This document shows positions 11,572 to 22,811 of a stretch of 42,086 nt of DNA, piece after piece. The DNA lies in the NCBI RefSeq assembly GCF_001194135.2, contig NC_068989.1, positions 76,610,607 to 76,652,692 of the forward strand, in the 5' to 3' direction. This stretch comes from Octopus bimaculoides. Lineage: Eukaryota. A program made the translations under genes and the position numbers. The notes below the pieces were generated by a model. The model was given only the letters and a program-made list of their open reading frames with translations, was not told where the DNA came from and ran no database searches. Each line of letters begins with the position of its first letter. Positions within the stretch are counted from its first letter, which is position 1.

Positions 11572-11935
11572 GTGGTTAGGGCAGCGGTTTCGCCGCCATA
11601 GGATCGCGGTTTCGATTCCCAGACCAGACGTTGTGAGTGTTTATTGAACGAAAACACCTAAAAGCTCCACGAGGCTCCGGCAGGGGATGGTGGCGAACCC
11701 TGCTGTACACTTTCACCACAACTTTCTCTCACTCTTACTTCCTGTTTCTGTTGTGCCTGTAATTCAAAGGGTCAGCCTTGTCACACTGTGTCACGCTGAA
11801 TATCCCCGAGAACTACGTTAAGGGTACACGTGTCTGTGGAGTGCTCAGCCACTTGTACGTTAATTTCACGAGCAGGATGTTCTGTTGATCAGATCAACTG
11901 GAACCCTCAACGTCGTAAGCGACGGAGTGCCAACA
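11572..11935 (+). mobile_element. Second family D SINE, 5'-truncated inside the A box, 13-bp TSD
   Basis: About 20 differences in about 365 nt from the 8905 copy by manual comparison. TSD actcagaagttta at 11559-11571 and 11936-11948. Confidence 0.9.
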
Positions 11936-12459
11936 ACTCAGAAGTTTACTGGCAGTCTATTTTATAGGCTTGCCTTATTCCGAACTTAATTATTTCTTAC
12001 ACTCTGGTACGTGCATTGTTAACATAAAAATCTGTTATATTTCCGAGACATTATGTATGCAATTTAATAGAATGCACAAAGGAATTACTGGAAATTTCTA
12101 GTCCTATAATATATTCAAAACCCATTTTGTTTATATTACTTCTACAAACAGGTATGCGTCTCTCTTTACAGCATTTTGATTTTGACAGTGGGAGAAAACT
12201 CTGCGCATTCAGCAGCTAACGATTATTTGACATCTGATTCTCAACGTGGTCTTGAAATGTCTTTTGTATTGATTTGAAAATTTGAAATCCGTCAGAAAAA
12301 TCGGAAACGTGAAGCTAGGAGTAACTGTTCTCGAAGTTTGGTGAGTTTCAATAAGATTTAGATTAAAGATTGCTCTTGGTATTTGATCGCTATTTTAAAT
12401 ATGTTCTTATGCGTTTCTGAGCTTGCGTCTCTGTGGCACCTACACGCACCTCCCACGTA

Positions 12460-12763
12460 CAGATGCACACGCACATGTACACAGCAACACGCAGACGCAC
12501 ACAAACATGTACAAACACACAGGCTCACACATGCACACATGTACACACGCACATATACGTCTCTCTATGTATATACTTATAAGTGTGTGTGTGTATGTGT
12601 GTGTGCATGTGTAAAATACACGAATGCACAAACACGTACACCCCGCCATACATATACATTCATACATACGTACATACATACATACATACATATATAGACA
12701 CACACACGCACACATAGGCATATATAACACACACATATACATATGTCCGTGTGTGTCTGGAGG

Positions 12764-12794
<31 letters not shown>

Positions 12795-12830
12795 GGAGAA
12801 AGAGAGAGAGTGTATGCGTGTAAACAATGC
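12460..12830. repeat. Degenerate CA/TA/TACA/GA low-complexity tract
   Basis: Direct reading; source of the HT/CV/YI ORFs. Confidence 0.85.
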
Positions 12831-13191
12831 ATTTTAATTTGAAGATAAAAATAAATTATATGAACAACTTTTATTTCATTTGGAAGCAGTGATTTTACTG
12901 CATTCGTTGAAATGGGAGAAAAAAAAAAAACAAAGATAAGTAAAGAACAAACGAAGAAATAATACTTAATATTTAGCTAAATTAATAAAATAAATGCTTA
13001 AATTAGTTTGTTTTAACAATCTGTTTATTTGCAGGAAGTTAATGGACACACACACTCACACATGCATATACACACTACACGCACAAACGCGTACGCACAA
13101 ACGCGTACGCACACACACACACACACACACATACACACACACAAACATGAAAACTAAATACGAAAACGGAAAAAAAATTTATAGACATGTT

Positions 13192-13198
13192 CATCATC

Positions 13199-13268
<70 letters not shown>

Positions 13269-13277
13269 GCATCGTTA

Positions 13278-13347
<70 letters not shown>

Positions 13348-13414
13348 CATCATCCTCATCATCATCATCATCATTATCATTATCATTACCATTATCATTA
13401 TTATTATTATTATC

Positions 13415-13476
<62 letters not shown>

Positions 13477-13511
13477 GTAGTAGTAGTAGTAGTAGCAGTA
13501 AAATTATTATT
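13192..13511 (+). repeat. Compound trinucleotide array (ATT)n(ATC)n(ATT)n(AGT)n
   Basis: About 320 nt of in-phase trinucleotides; source of the poly-Y/H/I/L ORFs. Confidence 0.95.
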
Positions 13512-13741
13512 AAGGGGGTGAGCGGGAAGAATCGTTAGCACGTCGGGCGACATGCTTAGCAGTATTTCGTCTGCCGCTACGTTCTGAGTTCAAGTTCCGC
13601 CTAGGTCAACTTTTGCCTTTCATCCTATCGGGGTCGATAAATTAAGTACCTGTGAAACACTATGGTGGATCTAATTGACTATCCTCCTCCCCTCAAATTT
13701 CAGGCCTTGTGTCTTTAGTAGAAACGATCATTATTATTATT
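13512..13741 (+). mobile_element. SINE family B (B1 tail) with (ATT)n tail
   Basis: agaatcgttagcacgtcgggcg...ttctgagttcaagttccgcc...ttgcctttcatcctatcggggtcgataaattaagtacc...caggccttgtgtctttagtagaaacgatcattattatt. Confidence 0.9.
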
Positions 13742-13973
13742 AAGGTGACAAGCTGGCAGAACCGTTAGCACGTCAGACAAAACGCTTCGCAGCATTTCGT
13801 TCCTCTTTACGCTCTGAGTAAAATTCCGCTGAGACCGACCTTGACTTTCGTCCTTTTGGATCGATTAAATAAGTGACAGTTAAACTCTGGGGGCAATGCA
13901 ATCGACCAGCCCTACCTCAACAAAATTACTGGCCTTGTGCCAAATTTTAAAGTCATATTATTATTATTATTAT
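13742..13973 (+). mobile_element. SINE family B (B2 tail variant) with (ATT)n tail, tandem to the previous copy
   Basis: aagctggcagaaccgttagcacg...ggccttgtgccaaattttaaagtcatattattatt. Confidence 0.85.
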
Positions 13974-14160
13974 TTTATGTTTGACTTTTGCTTTGCATTT
14001 GTAGAAGTTGGATCCAAGTCTCACCCAGAGACCCAAGAGACAACAAGTTAGAAGTTTATGTAGGTGTTATACATAGGGTACCATATATTTGGATTTGTAC
14101 AGTGTTGATCTAGAGGATTTGCACAGTGTTGTTCTAGAAGATTTGTACAGTGGTGTTCTA
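13974..14160 (-). mobile_element. 3' end of a TAA-tailed retroelement (probably an R4/Dong 3'UTR) with an internal 24-bp triplication
   Basis: On the minus strand it ends ...gcaaaagtcaaacataaaataataat; bounded by TTA arrays on both sides. Family assignment is from recollection of octopus repeats and is unverified. Confidence 0.5.
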
Positions 14161-14252
14161 TTATTATTATTATTATTATTATTATCATCATCATCATCAT
14201 TATTACTATTATTATTATTATTATTGTTGTTGTTGTTGTTATTAATATTATT
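14160..14252 (+). repeat. (TTA)n(TCA)n(TTG)n array
   Basis: Direct reading. Confidence 0.95.
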
Positions 14253-14545
14253 CCTCCGTAACACAATGTAGGTAAAAATACACCGGAGTCTCTAGTCATC
14301 TGTCAAGTCACAGGGACCTCAGATAGATAATGCTTTCCTTAAGATGAGCGCTGTACACAATTAGGCTGCTTTTTGTAAGATATCAATCTTGCATGGGATT
14401 TCCAGTTGCCTTAAGGAGTCCTGAAGTTTCAATGGAATGGAGCCCACGCTCAGATCACCACTGGTATCACTTTTACATCACATTCTCCCATTCCATACAG
14501 TTTTGCCATTTCAACTTTCAATACGGAGTACTTGGTGATTTTTTT
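14253..14545 (-). mobile_element. 5'-truncated R4/Dong-type non-LTR retrotransposon 3' end (end of the RLE domain + 3'UTR)
   Basis: Minus strand reads KKITKYSVLKVEMAKLYGMGECDVKVIPVVI/GSIPLKLQDSLRQLEIPCKIDILQKAA*LCTALILRKALSI* (stop at 14319-14321), then a short UTR and (TAA)n. Confidence 0.8.
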
Positions 14546-16299
14546 CAACCAAGTACTCCGAATTATTATTATTATATTTCCAACAGTTGCATAAACACAC
14601 ACACATACACTCATATATATATATATATATATATTGCCGCTGCATTACTATTTCCGCTAACGCATTCCAGCTGCGTTTCTACGATTGTGTGTTTGTATAC
14701 TGCATCGGTTATCCTTCCAGCTCGGTTTTCGTTCGGTAGCCTCGTTGTTACGTTCGTATTCTTCCTGCTATGAAGAAGATTTGCAGCTTTACATTCTGGG
14801 TGTGGTTATTACACAGAATACGTGTTGTGTACATAAAGTGTAATGTTTCATTTGCGTTATTAACATGAATGTATCCTGTGCATACTGTATGTTGTATAGT
14901 GTATGCTGGTATTTTGTTCGTTTTTTTTTATTAACCTTATTATATACACTTAGTTTACCAACTATTAGTAGTATTATTCAGGTTTCGTGCTCTCCATCTT
15001 GTTTGTTTCAATTTATGGATTCTTCTGTGTTTTTCACCTGCTTTTGAGCAGGTAATTATTTAGTGAGAAGGATAGAAATGTTTATCAATGCACATATATG
15101 TCTTTGCTATCGTACTGGATTTTTATATCTGAACAGCTTGCCTCGATCTTGTCATTTTTTTTATAGTTATGCATCAAATGGTTAGGACCAGATCGTTTTC
15201 ATGTACTTTGTATAGTACATGCTGATAAGATCATGCTGTCGAAATCGCAACCGACTCAATTGCGTTATATGTGATCACTAGACAGCAAGGGCTGATGTGG
15301 TTTAATGGTCTCGTTATTTCATTTCTCTGTATATTTTATCACTTTTATCTACTCCCAAATAGTTATAGAGTTAGTGTCTTTCAAATCTCTGACTTTAGTG
15401 TATGTGTCTTAACTTAATACTCTATCTTTTATCACATCCTGTAACGTTCTATAATCACTTTGATAATGAATATATTATTTTACTCCAATTGAGTAAGTAG
15501 CTCGTTAGAGTGTACGGAATATTTTGCGTGCCTTATAATTTTTAACGTGTAAATAAAGTTAATCCCACTTACAAATGTTAATTCAGGTGCTGATTCTAAT
15601 CCTCTCACCATTTTATTGAATACTTTTGTTACATATCTATGGGTGCTAGTCAGGTATTTCACTAAGAAACTGGACACTGATAGTGTTTTATAATTATATG
15701 AAGTTATGAATATATTGGTGAATGCCTCCCCTGTTGAATAGGTCATTCCTACAACGCTATAATTATATATGCTTTTCGCTTCCCTTTAGATTAATTGTGC
15801 ATTTATATTGCATTGATTGTCTATGCTTCACAAAGCCATTTTCCATTGCTTTCATGAATGAAGATTTCCTCCTTTCATTGTTGCTAGCGAAACTACAAAA
15901 ACCATCAACACACGAGAGCGAGTGTTAGAACCAACATCTACGATAGTTTGCCAAACAGAAACCACCGCTTCGACCACTGCAAACGAGTCCAGGAATAGTG
16001 ACGACGGCAACAACAAAAACAATATCAACCAAAGCTAAAATGTATGAATAAATGCATCGAAAGGAACAGGAAGCTGCTGCATCGTCAGGAAATGCAGCAA
16101 TAGCAACAACAACAACATTGGTAAAGACCTCCAACTAAATAACAACAACAAAAAAGGGCACCACTGTAAACAGAAATAACTTACAACAGTGCCGTCTTCC
16201 GACAAAACGCAAACACGCGCATGCGTGCGCACAGACATACACACATACATACATGTTCATGTAGGCGCATGCGCACACGCACGAACATAAATGCATTTT

Positions 16300-16487
16300 A
16301 AGATCCACAACGATCAGAACTTAATTGCAGCTCTTGGTGGTCCAAATCGGATATGCAATCTATGTAGGTATCTTTTCAAAACATTGTCTGGTTTAAAAAG
16401 CCACATCGGATGCCATGATGGTTCTAAGGTGTAGGTACAGGTGGAAGTCCAACTCTGCATATGGAGTAGACAACCACCATATATATA
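16300..16487 (+). mobile_element. RTE/BovB-type LINE 3' end with terminal C2H2 zinc finger
   Basis: ICNLCRYLFKTLSGLKSHIGCHDGSKV* (C-x2-C-x12-H-x3-H, 16354-16416; stop 16432-16434), then a short UTR ending gacaaccaccatatata. Confidence 0.65.
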
Positions 16488-16907
16488 CGTATTGCTTTGG
16501 TCTTCTTCATCCCCATCACTTCCAATCATTTCCGGTTGAGTGGCCACGTCATGTGATGAAAGCAACGTGAAGAATCTGCCAAAAGAGACTTTGCAGTGTA
16601 GGTTATGGAGTAAGCTAGAAATGTATGAGACCTGCCCAGACTAAAACTAGGAATTTCGATGAGGGAGGCAACGAGTTATGTAAACAACAATGTACCCGCA
16701 TCATCACTACCAATACAAGACAATAAGAACAGAAAAAAACCCATGAACACACAATCAACTTTAACAATAATCGCTAGAACAAAATCACTATAACAAATCT
16801 AAAGGAATAAAATGAAACAAATGTATATAAAACTCCATTCACTTCGCAGTTCTAATAAAAAACGAAAACCACTACGACGAAGAGGGTGACGACTCCAACA
16901 ACAGTCT

Positions 16908-16971
16908 TGCACTCCCACAACAACAGCAACAACAACAACAACAACAACAACAATGATAATAATAATAATAA
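16908..16971 (+). repeat. (AAC)n(AAT)n array
   Basis: Direct reading. Confidence 0.95.
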
Positions 16972-16986
16972 TCTTTTCTATTACAG

Positions 16987-17626
16987 GCACAAGGCGAATA
17001 TAAAAATAGACACGACGATGTGACCAGATATGTCCACAGGCTGTTGTGCAGTAAAGCAAACCTCCAGAGAACCGAACAAAAGTATGAACATAAGCCAGAG
17101 GGAGTAATAGAAAACGAACGTTACCAAATACTTGCGGTGTGACCAAGTCATAGAGGTAAGACGGCCAGATATCGTGCTCATACATAAAGATGAAAAAGAA
17201 ATAGATATAATTGATGTTGCAATACCAGGCGACTTCAGGGTGAAATGTAAAAAAGCATAAATAATTAAGAAATACCAGCGACTGCGGGACAAGACAGGAA
17301 AGTTATGAGGCACGAGGAAAGTAATGGTGATACCGGTGGTAATTGGAGCATTAGGAGCAGTTACCAAGGGCTTTGAAAAACATATTAAGAATATTGGAGC
17401 TGCTGTCAGGCTCGAGCTGATCCAGAAGACAGCATTGTTGGGTACATCTGGCATTCTAAGGAGAGTATTGTCACTTTGAATCATAGGAGAAAGGCACTAC
17501 TTGAAACCTTTGCTGATTTGTTATTGCCTACTTTCAAGTAAAGAATAATCGGTAATTAAGAACTACTATCCGAGAGTCTTTCAGATTAACAACAACAACA
17601 ACAACAACATCATCAGTAATAATAAT
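16987..17626 (+). mobile_element. 5'-truncated R4/Dong-type retrotransposon: PD-(D/E)xK restriction-like endonuclease remnant, 3'UTR and (AAC/AAT)n tail
   Basis: AQGEYKNRHDDVTRYVHRLLCSKANLQRTEQKYEHKPEGVIENERYQIL//CDQVIEVRRPDIVLIHKDEKEIDIIDVAIPGD...KKYQRL...VIPVVIGALGAVTK...IQKTALLGTSGILRRVLSL* (stop 17477-17479); contains stops and a frameshift. The ORF-track entry 16981-17484 (-) is its antisense shadow. Confidence 0.9.
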
Positions 17627-17627
17627 A

Positions 17628-18103
17628 CTTGTCTTGGTGTAAAAGATGGGCTACAGCAAATATTCTGCTTAATACCACAGATATGCTTGTCAGTTGTTTG
17701 ACCTTAACCGGTTGAGCATATCCTTTGACGGCTGATGATATGTAAATCTCTTACCACGAGCAGAAGTAGTGGGGGAGCATCATAGCCATGTGTTGAGAGG
17801 AATTCTTTGGATTTTGAACAATTCACTTTTGGAAACATGGATGTTTCATTCAACATCCTTAAATAACCCTTATTCAAAGACTATTTGAGCGGGATGGGCT
17901 ACTGGGTCCCTCCTGCAAAGTCATGCTCTGTTTATCTTAATACGAGATCACCATGTCGCGCACATATGGTTGTGATGCATGTGCCTGGTGTACCCTTATC
18001 AGACGGATAGTCATGATGTGTATACTGGGCTTTGTATATTTTACCCCAGTGTCCTTTCATGGTATGCACTGCTCTCTCACTCAATAATAATAATAATAAT
18101 AAT
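17628..18103 (+). mobile_element. TAA-tailed retroposon 3' segment (family C, unresolved SINE or long LINE 3'UTR)
   Basis: A higher-GC non-coding block bounded by (AAT)n on both sides, ending gcactgctctctcactcaataataataat. Confidence 0.55.
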
Positions 18104-18160
18104 GATTCCAGATTTAGGCAGAAACCAGCAGTTTGGAAGGGTTGGGGATTATTCAATCCT
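18104..18160 (-). mobile_element. SINE family B (B2) 3' tail fragment
   Basis: The reverse complement ccaaactgctggtttctgcctaaatctggaatcattattatt matches the B2 tail at 13921-13960. Confidence 0.55.
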
Positions 18161-19092
18161 TCGCCCTTTGAAGTAGATAACGATAAAACACAAAGGAACT
18201 AGATATCTTTGTAAGAAAAATCCGATGGATTTAATTAGAATACATCCAATGGTATCTGCATGGCCTCGTTTCAACGGCCAACAATGTAACCTTTAGTGTT
18301 ACAGGTCAGACTTACATTTTCCGACACCTTTGCAAACGTCATGTGCAAATGGCAGCAGACGGAGTATTTGTAGTTCTGTAAGTAGTGGAATGATGGTGTT
18401 GCTAAATGATGACGCGAAAAACAAAAGCATAATTAAAAAATTTCCGGCTCATAACTGGGCTAAAAGTAGAGTCTAAGAAATTTGCCAGTATTCTAGTAAA
18501 TAAATAACAGTGTAGCAGGGAAAGCACAGAATTGCGCGATTCCAAAGACAGTGTCTACAACAAAATTCCTTTTTTGAAGTTATCGGTCATATATAGAAAC
18601 AGTGATAACAGAATGATATGACATTTTAAGAAAGCACATAATATACATATTTTATTAAATACTTCTATTGAAGAAAAATGAAAGTTAACAGGAACAAAGT
18701 TTGATGACTTACTGATTCGGTTTGTATTTCTGCACTCCTGAATATTCTGTTAACGTCCTCAGCGGAAGCATACTAAGTAGAGTCGGTCAGAGTACAACAG
18801 TTGACATTACTATACTGTAAGCCATCCGTTCCAATTCTATGAATAATTTATTACTGTATAATTTTGACTCAAGGAAAGTTGTTCTATGGATAAATTTATA
18901 TAGATATAGTGATTCTATCACTACATATGGTTGGGTACTCATTTTATCAACCCCAAAGGGGAAAATACCTAATCAAAGCCAATAGTGAATTTAGAATTGT
19001 AATGTGATGGAAAGTGTGAAATGAACATTAAATAATAGACAGTTTCATAGTAATGAGGTTTTAAGATGTGTAAATCGTTATAGGTGAGAGAT

Positions 19093-19240
19093 ATAATTGA
19101 CTAAATCGATTCCAGTACACAAGTTCAATTTATCATTATGATACAAGAGAGATGAAAGGCGGGATTTGAATTCGTAACGTCGAAGGTACGGAAAAAAATT
19201 CAAAGTTATTTAGTATTGTCCGCTAACATTTCGATCACTC
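19093..19240 (-). mobile_element. SINE family B, degenerate
   Basis: gactaaatcgattccagtac...gatgaaaggcgggatttgaattcgtaacgt...gctaacatttcg. Confidence 0.6.
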
Positions 19241-20099
19241 CATAAGAATATATGAATAAATTGTTATGCAATATACTTCCAACGGAAAATCTCTAAACCA
19301 GGCAAACACATTTGATGTTTGATACCATACAGAGCATAACACACGCTATTCTTCGGTTTTTTGAATGCAAAATGTTTTTGCTGCAAAGGAAATAAAAATG
19401 TTTTAGCGGGAAACGTGTAATTGTTAGAGAGGAAAATGAATAGGTAGATTGAGATGGTGAAGGGTTATCTCTTTATATATTTTTTTCTCATTTTGCGTTT
19501 CAATGGAATTGGCGTTAAGTGTTTATCGGCGTAGAAAATAGAATGCTTCTAGATAGCACTTTGATGACATATAAGAATATAATGGAAGGTAATTGTTCAC
19601 GTAGGAGTGGTTTCACAGAATGTCATAGTAAGAATATTAAAAACATAAAAAGACTGGTGATAGAAGAAAAAAAAACAAAATAGACGAAGGAAATTATTAA
19701 ATGTGAAAGAAAACCGCAAGAGAATGAGGTGAATAAAACTGGTAAGATATATGTTGGTTTGTGTAACTTTCTCTTTTAAGATATTGGTCGCTTATAGAGA
19801 CAAAAATGACCGCAGAATGACATTTTACGAAATCACACAATGGATACACTTTATAGAATATTTCTATTGAGGGAAAATAAGAAGTGCATTGAGGCAAGTT
19901 GATAAAACATGGATTCTCAGTTGAAAGGTTGGCAGTTCCTATGCTGCACATTTTCTATATCGCGCATTTTGGACTGCTTTCGCCAGTCTTGTTCACTTAG
20001 ATGTAAAGAAAAGTGCATTGCTGGAAGTATCGTATAAATTTATATTGTTGAAAATGTCTTATTTAATTTGTAACGTTGAGTTCGAATGTTACTTTAGGT

Positions 20100-20372
20100 T
20101 TAACTCTAAGGGCACTGGGAATATTCAAGCACACTTGGAAACATTACTGTAGTTATTTTTTTCAGTGCTGTTTGATTCAAAAGTAAAATTTGAAAAGCTT
20201 TATCACTTTAGTAGGCAATAATCGATAAATAAAAGAGAGGTAGATAAAATATTGCAAAAAGAATTAGGAAAAAGTAAATTCTTTGAGAAAAGGTTTAAGA
20301 GTTTCTGAGAGAAGATTAGTGTTGTAGATTTAAATAAATTGATGGAGATGAGAAATTTTCCTGAGGGGCCAT
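20100..20372 (-). pseudogene. Possible CR1-like RT relic
   Basis: Minus strand GPSGKFLISINLFKSTTLIFSQKLLNLFSKNLLFPNS loosely fits GPDG.....LK.....LA..LS.LFN.S...G.FP.SW. The nearby AFSNFT is also seen at about 6918. Confidence 0.3.
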
Positions 20373-21735
20373 CTGAATGAAGAACATACAGTTAAGTGTT
20401 GGCTAATATACTTAATTTTGTGATTGATATTTTAATTATTAAGTGTTAAGTATGTTATATAGCACTCAACTCTATGGCCTTCAGGCAGAATTCACCTATG
20501 GCAAATCGTTTTAATGTCATTATTTTCAGTTGTCTAATCAGTGATCAATTTTCACACGAGATCTGTGTAATATAAAATTAATTTTAAGGCCTAGGACATA
20601 CACATTAATTCATGCTTCGTAGAGGAGGTATTGTAAAATTTGTCGGGGCTTCATCCAACTTCTAGAATTCAAATTCACTCCGCAAAATAAAGTATCAGTG
20701 AAGCACTGGGATTGGCTGTGTCGAATGGACCTATGGTTTTAAAACTGATGGCGTTGTGCAAAAATCTGAAACAGATATTTTCAATGTTAAAACAAACGAA
20801 AAATATTTGAGAAGCAATATGGAAATAAAAGGCTTAGATTTCGAAATATTCTCATGAGATCTTGACAAAAATTGTCTTTCATGAAAATTTGCTTTGCCAG
20901 CTGGAATTTCATATGTTTGAGTATTTTTCTAGGGGTTAACTATTATAAATTACTTGGACTGCAATCACGTATATTGTAATACAAACTGTTATTAGTCAGT
21001 GACACTGTTATATTAGAATATATTCGTCACCGAAGTTCTTCACAACAGTAGTGAGGCAGATAATGGTGATATTCAAAATAACTTGAAATACACATTTTAA
21101 TCCGTGACTACCACAATTTTACCACAATTCTATCCGTTAAACGATATCTGTAACTGACATTTTATCTTTTAATTTCTGAGTTGACCGGAAGAATAAATAC
21201 GGAAATGGATTTTAGAATGATCAAATACATTAGTAAAGTATTCGTTCATTCGTTCAAACATACTGCTGTATCCTCCGTCGCCAAATGTCGTGGTACTGTC
21301 ACGATATTGTGACGGATGGTTTAAATACACTGTACCAGTGTAGTAACAGTAAACAAGATAATGATGTAGCCGCAATAATTTAACGATCTAACAATATCTT
21401 TACGAACCAACAATCAATATTCCAGACGAACAAACCAAAGGACACCTTTCGATTTCATTGCGAACTCAACTCGAAATAACACACAAGCTTCACTCCGTCC
21501 ACTACTATTTTTAATAGCTCAGCCTAGTCTATATNNNNNNNNNNNNNNNNNNNNNNNNNNNNNNNNNNNNNNNNNNNNNNNNNNNNNNNNNNNNNNNNNN
21601 NNNNNNNNNNNNNNNNNNNNNNNNNNNNNNNNNNNNNNNNNNNNNNNNNNNNNNNNNNNNNNNNNNNNNNNNNNNNNNATATATATATATATATATATAT
21701 ACATACATATATATATATCTGTGTATGTCTGATTG

Positions 21736-21790
<55 letters not shown>

Positions 21791-22211
21791 ACTTACATAC
21801 ATACATATTTGAATATATGTGAGTGTGTGTACATACATATATTTGTATATCAACATATAGAAACATGCATATGTATACGTATTAATACGGACTACAAAGA
21901 TATTATTGCAGAACTTTTAAGTTGTAGCTGTAACTAGATAGCTCCATATCGATCACTTGCAATATGGTGTTGTAATCAACTGATCAAATTACTTACTAAG
22001 TCACTTTGATTCTTTTTGATCAGAGTCTGCGTGTTCTGTCATTAAAAGTTATCACTAATTATAAATTTGCATAACACAGGATTTCAAAACGATTGTGTCA
22101 ATCGAGTTACGGATATAGAAGCACTGCTTTGGATATATATGTTTGCTTTTATGTTGAGTTATGATAAAACAATTTTGCATTAATCAAATATTTTACTCTA
22201 TACTTTCGTAG

Positions 22212-22359
22212 AGTACAAAGTTATTCGTGAACAAGAATATTATTGATAATGATTTCGACATTTTGGCCAGTTTGGGAATTGTTGGACAGCGACGTATGGA
22301 AGTTCCAAACAAAAAGAACACACCTAAATATGCACACCTACTTATGAAGCTATACATAT
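22212..22359 (+). CDS. Candidate orphan internal coding exon (148 nt, phase 0 to 1)
   Basis: Acceptor tttactctatactttcgTAG| and donor at|GTGAGT. Frame 0 is open exactly between them (STKLFVNKNIIDNDFDILASLGIVGQRRMEVPNKKNTPKYAHLLMKLYI), with in-frame stops just outside both boundaries. No partner exon identified. Confidence 0.3.
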
Positions 22360-22719
22360 GTGAGTAAATTCTAAGCAATGACATAACTCCAAGTTTCATC
22401 GATAAAAATTTCACAAAAAGAATACATCCTAAATATTCTAATTGCCACTCCACTCAAGACCATACACTCAAGATTTTAACACAAAAGTGTTGATATAAAG
22501 CGAAAATTAAAATCAATGCATCGCAGTCCGACGAGGCATCATTGGACAAAGCTTCGAAGTTACTGTCTATAATATTATTGTTTGAGAATGCTCTATCTCC
22601 CTTGATATAATTATATACTTATGTACATTATTATTAATCTAATGCATTAATTTGGCATTTGGCTAAAATTTTTATAGCATGCTGAGTACTTGATAAAAAT
22701 CATTAACGCGATTTTTATT

Positions 22720-22757
<38 letters not shown>

Positions 22758-22764
22758 GGGAAAG

Positions 22765-22811
<47 letters not shown>

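Noticed and set aside
8905-11935. Direct repeats as LTRs or a segmental duplication
   Set aside because: They have Pol III boxes and different TSDs, and no gag/pol lies between them.
12172-12340. Exon-like segment with a good acceptor and a GTGAGT donor
   Set aside because: All three frames contain stops. It could only be a non-coding exon, which cannot be supported without transcripts.
12994-14299. Poly-Y/H/I/L/N ORFs
   Set aside because: They are translations of the trinucleotide arrays.
18316-18375. Minus-strand 60-nt exon candidate (donor GTAAGT)
   Set aside because: It is short, gives no recognisable peptide, and such splice-site pairs arise readily by chance.
19751-19960. Forkhead-like words (RMTFYEITQWI, later KGWQ and DCF)
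   Set aside because: The spacing between motifs is wrong, they lie in different frames with stops, and the core NSIRHNLS is absent; most likely coincidence.
21297-21520. tgtcacgatattgtgac small palindrome as the start of a solo LTR
   Set aside because: No matching CA terminus, TSD, PBS or PPT is visible; the region runs into a gap.
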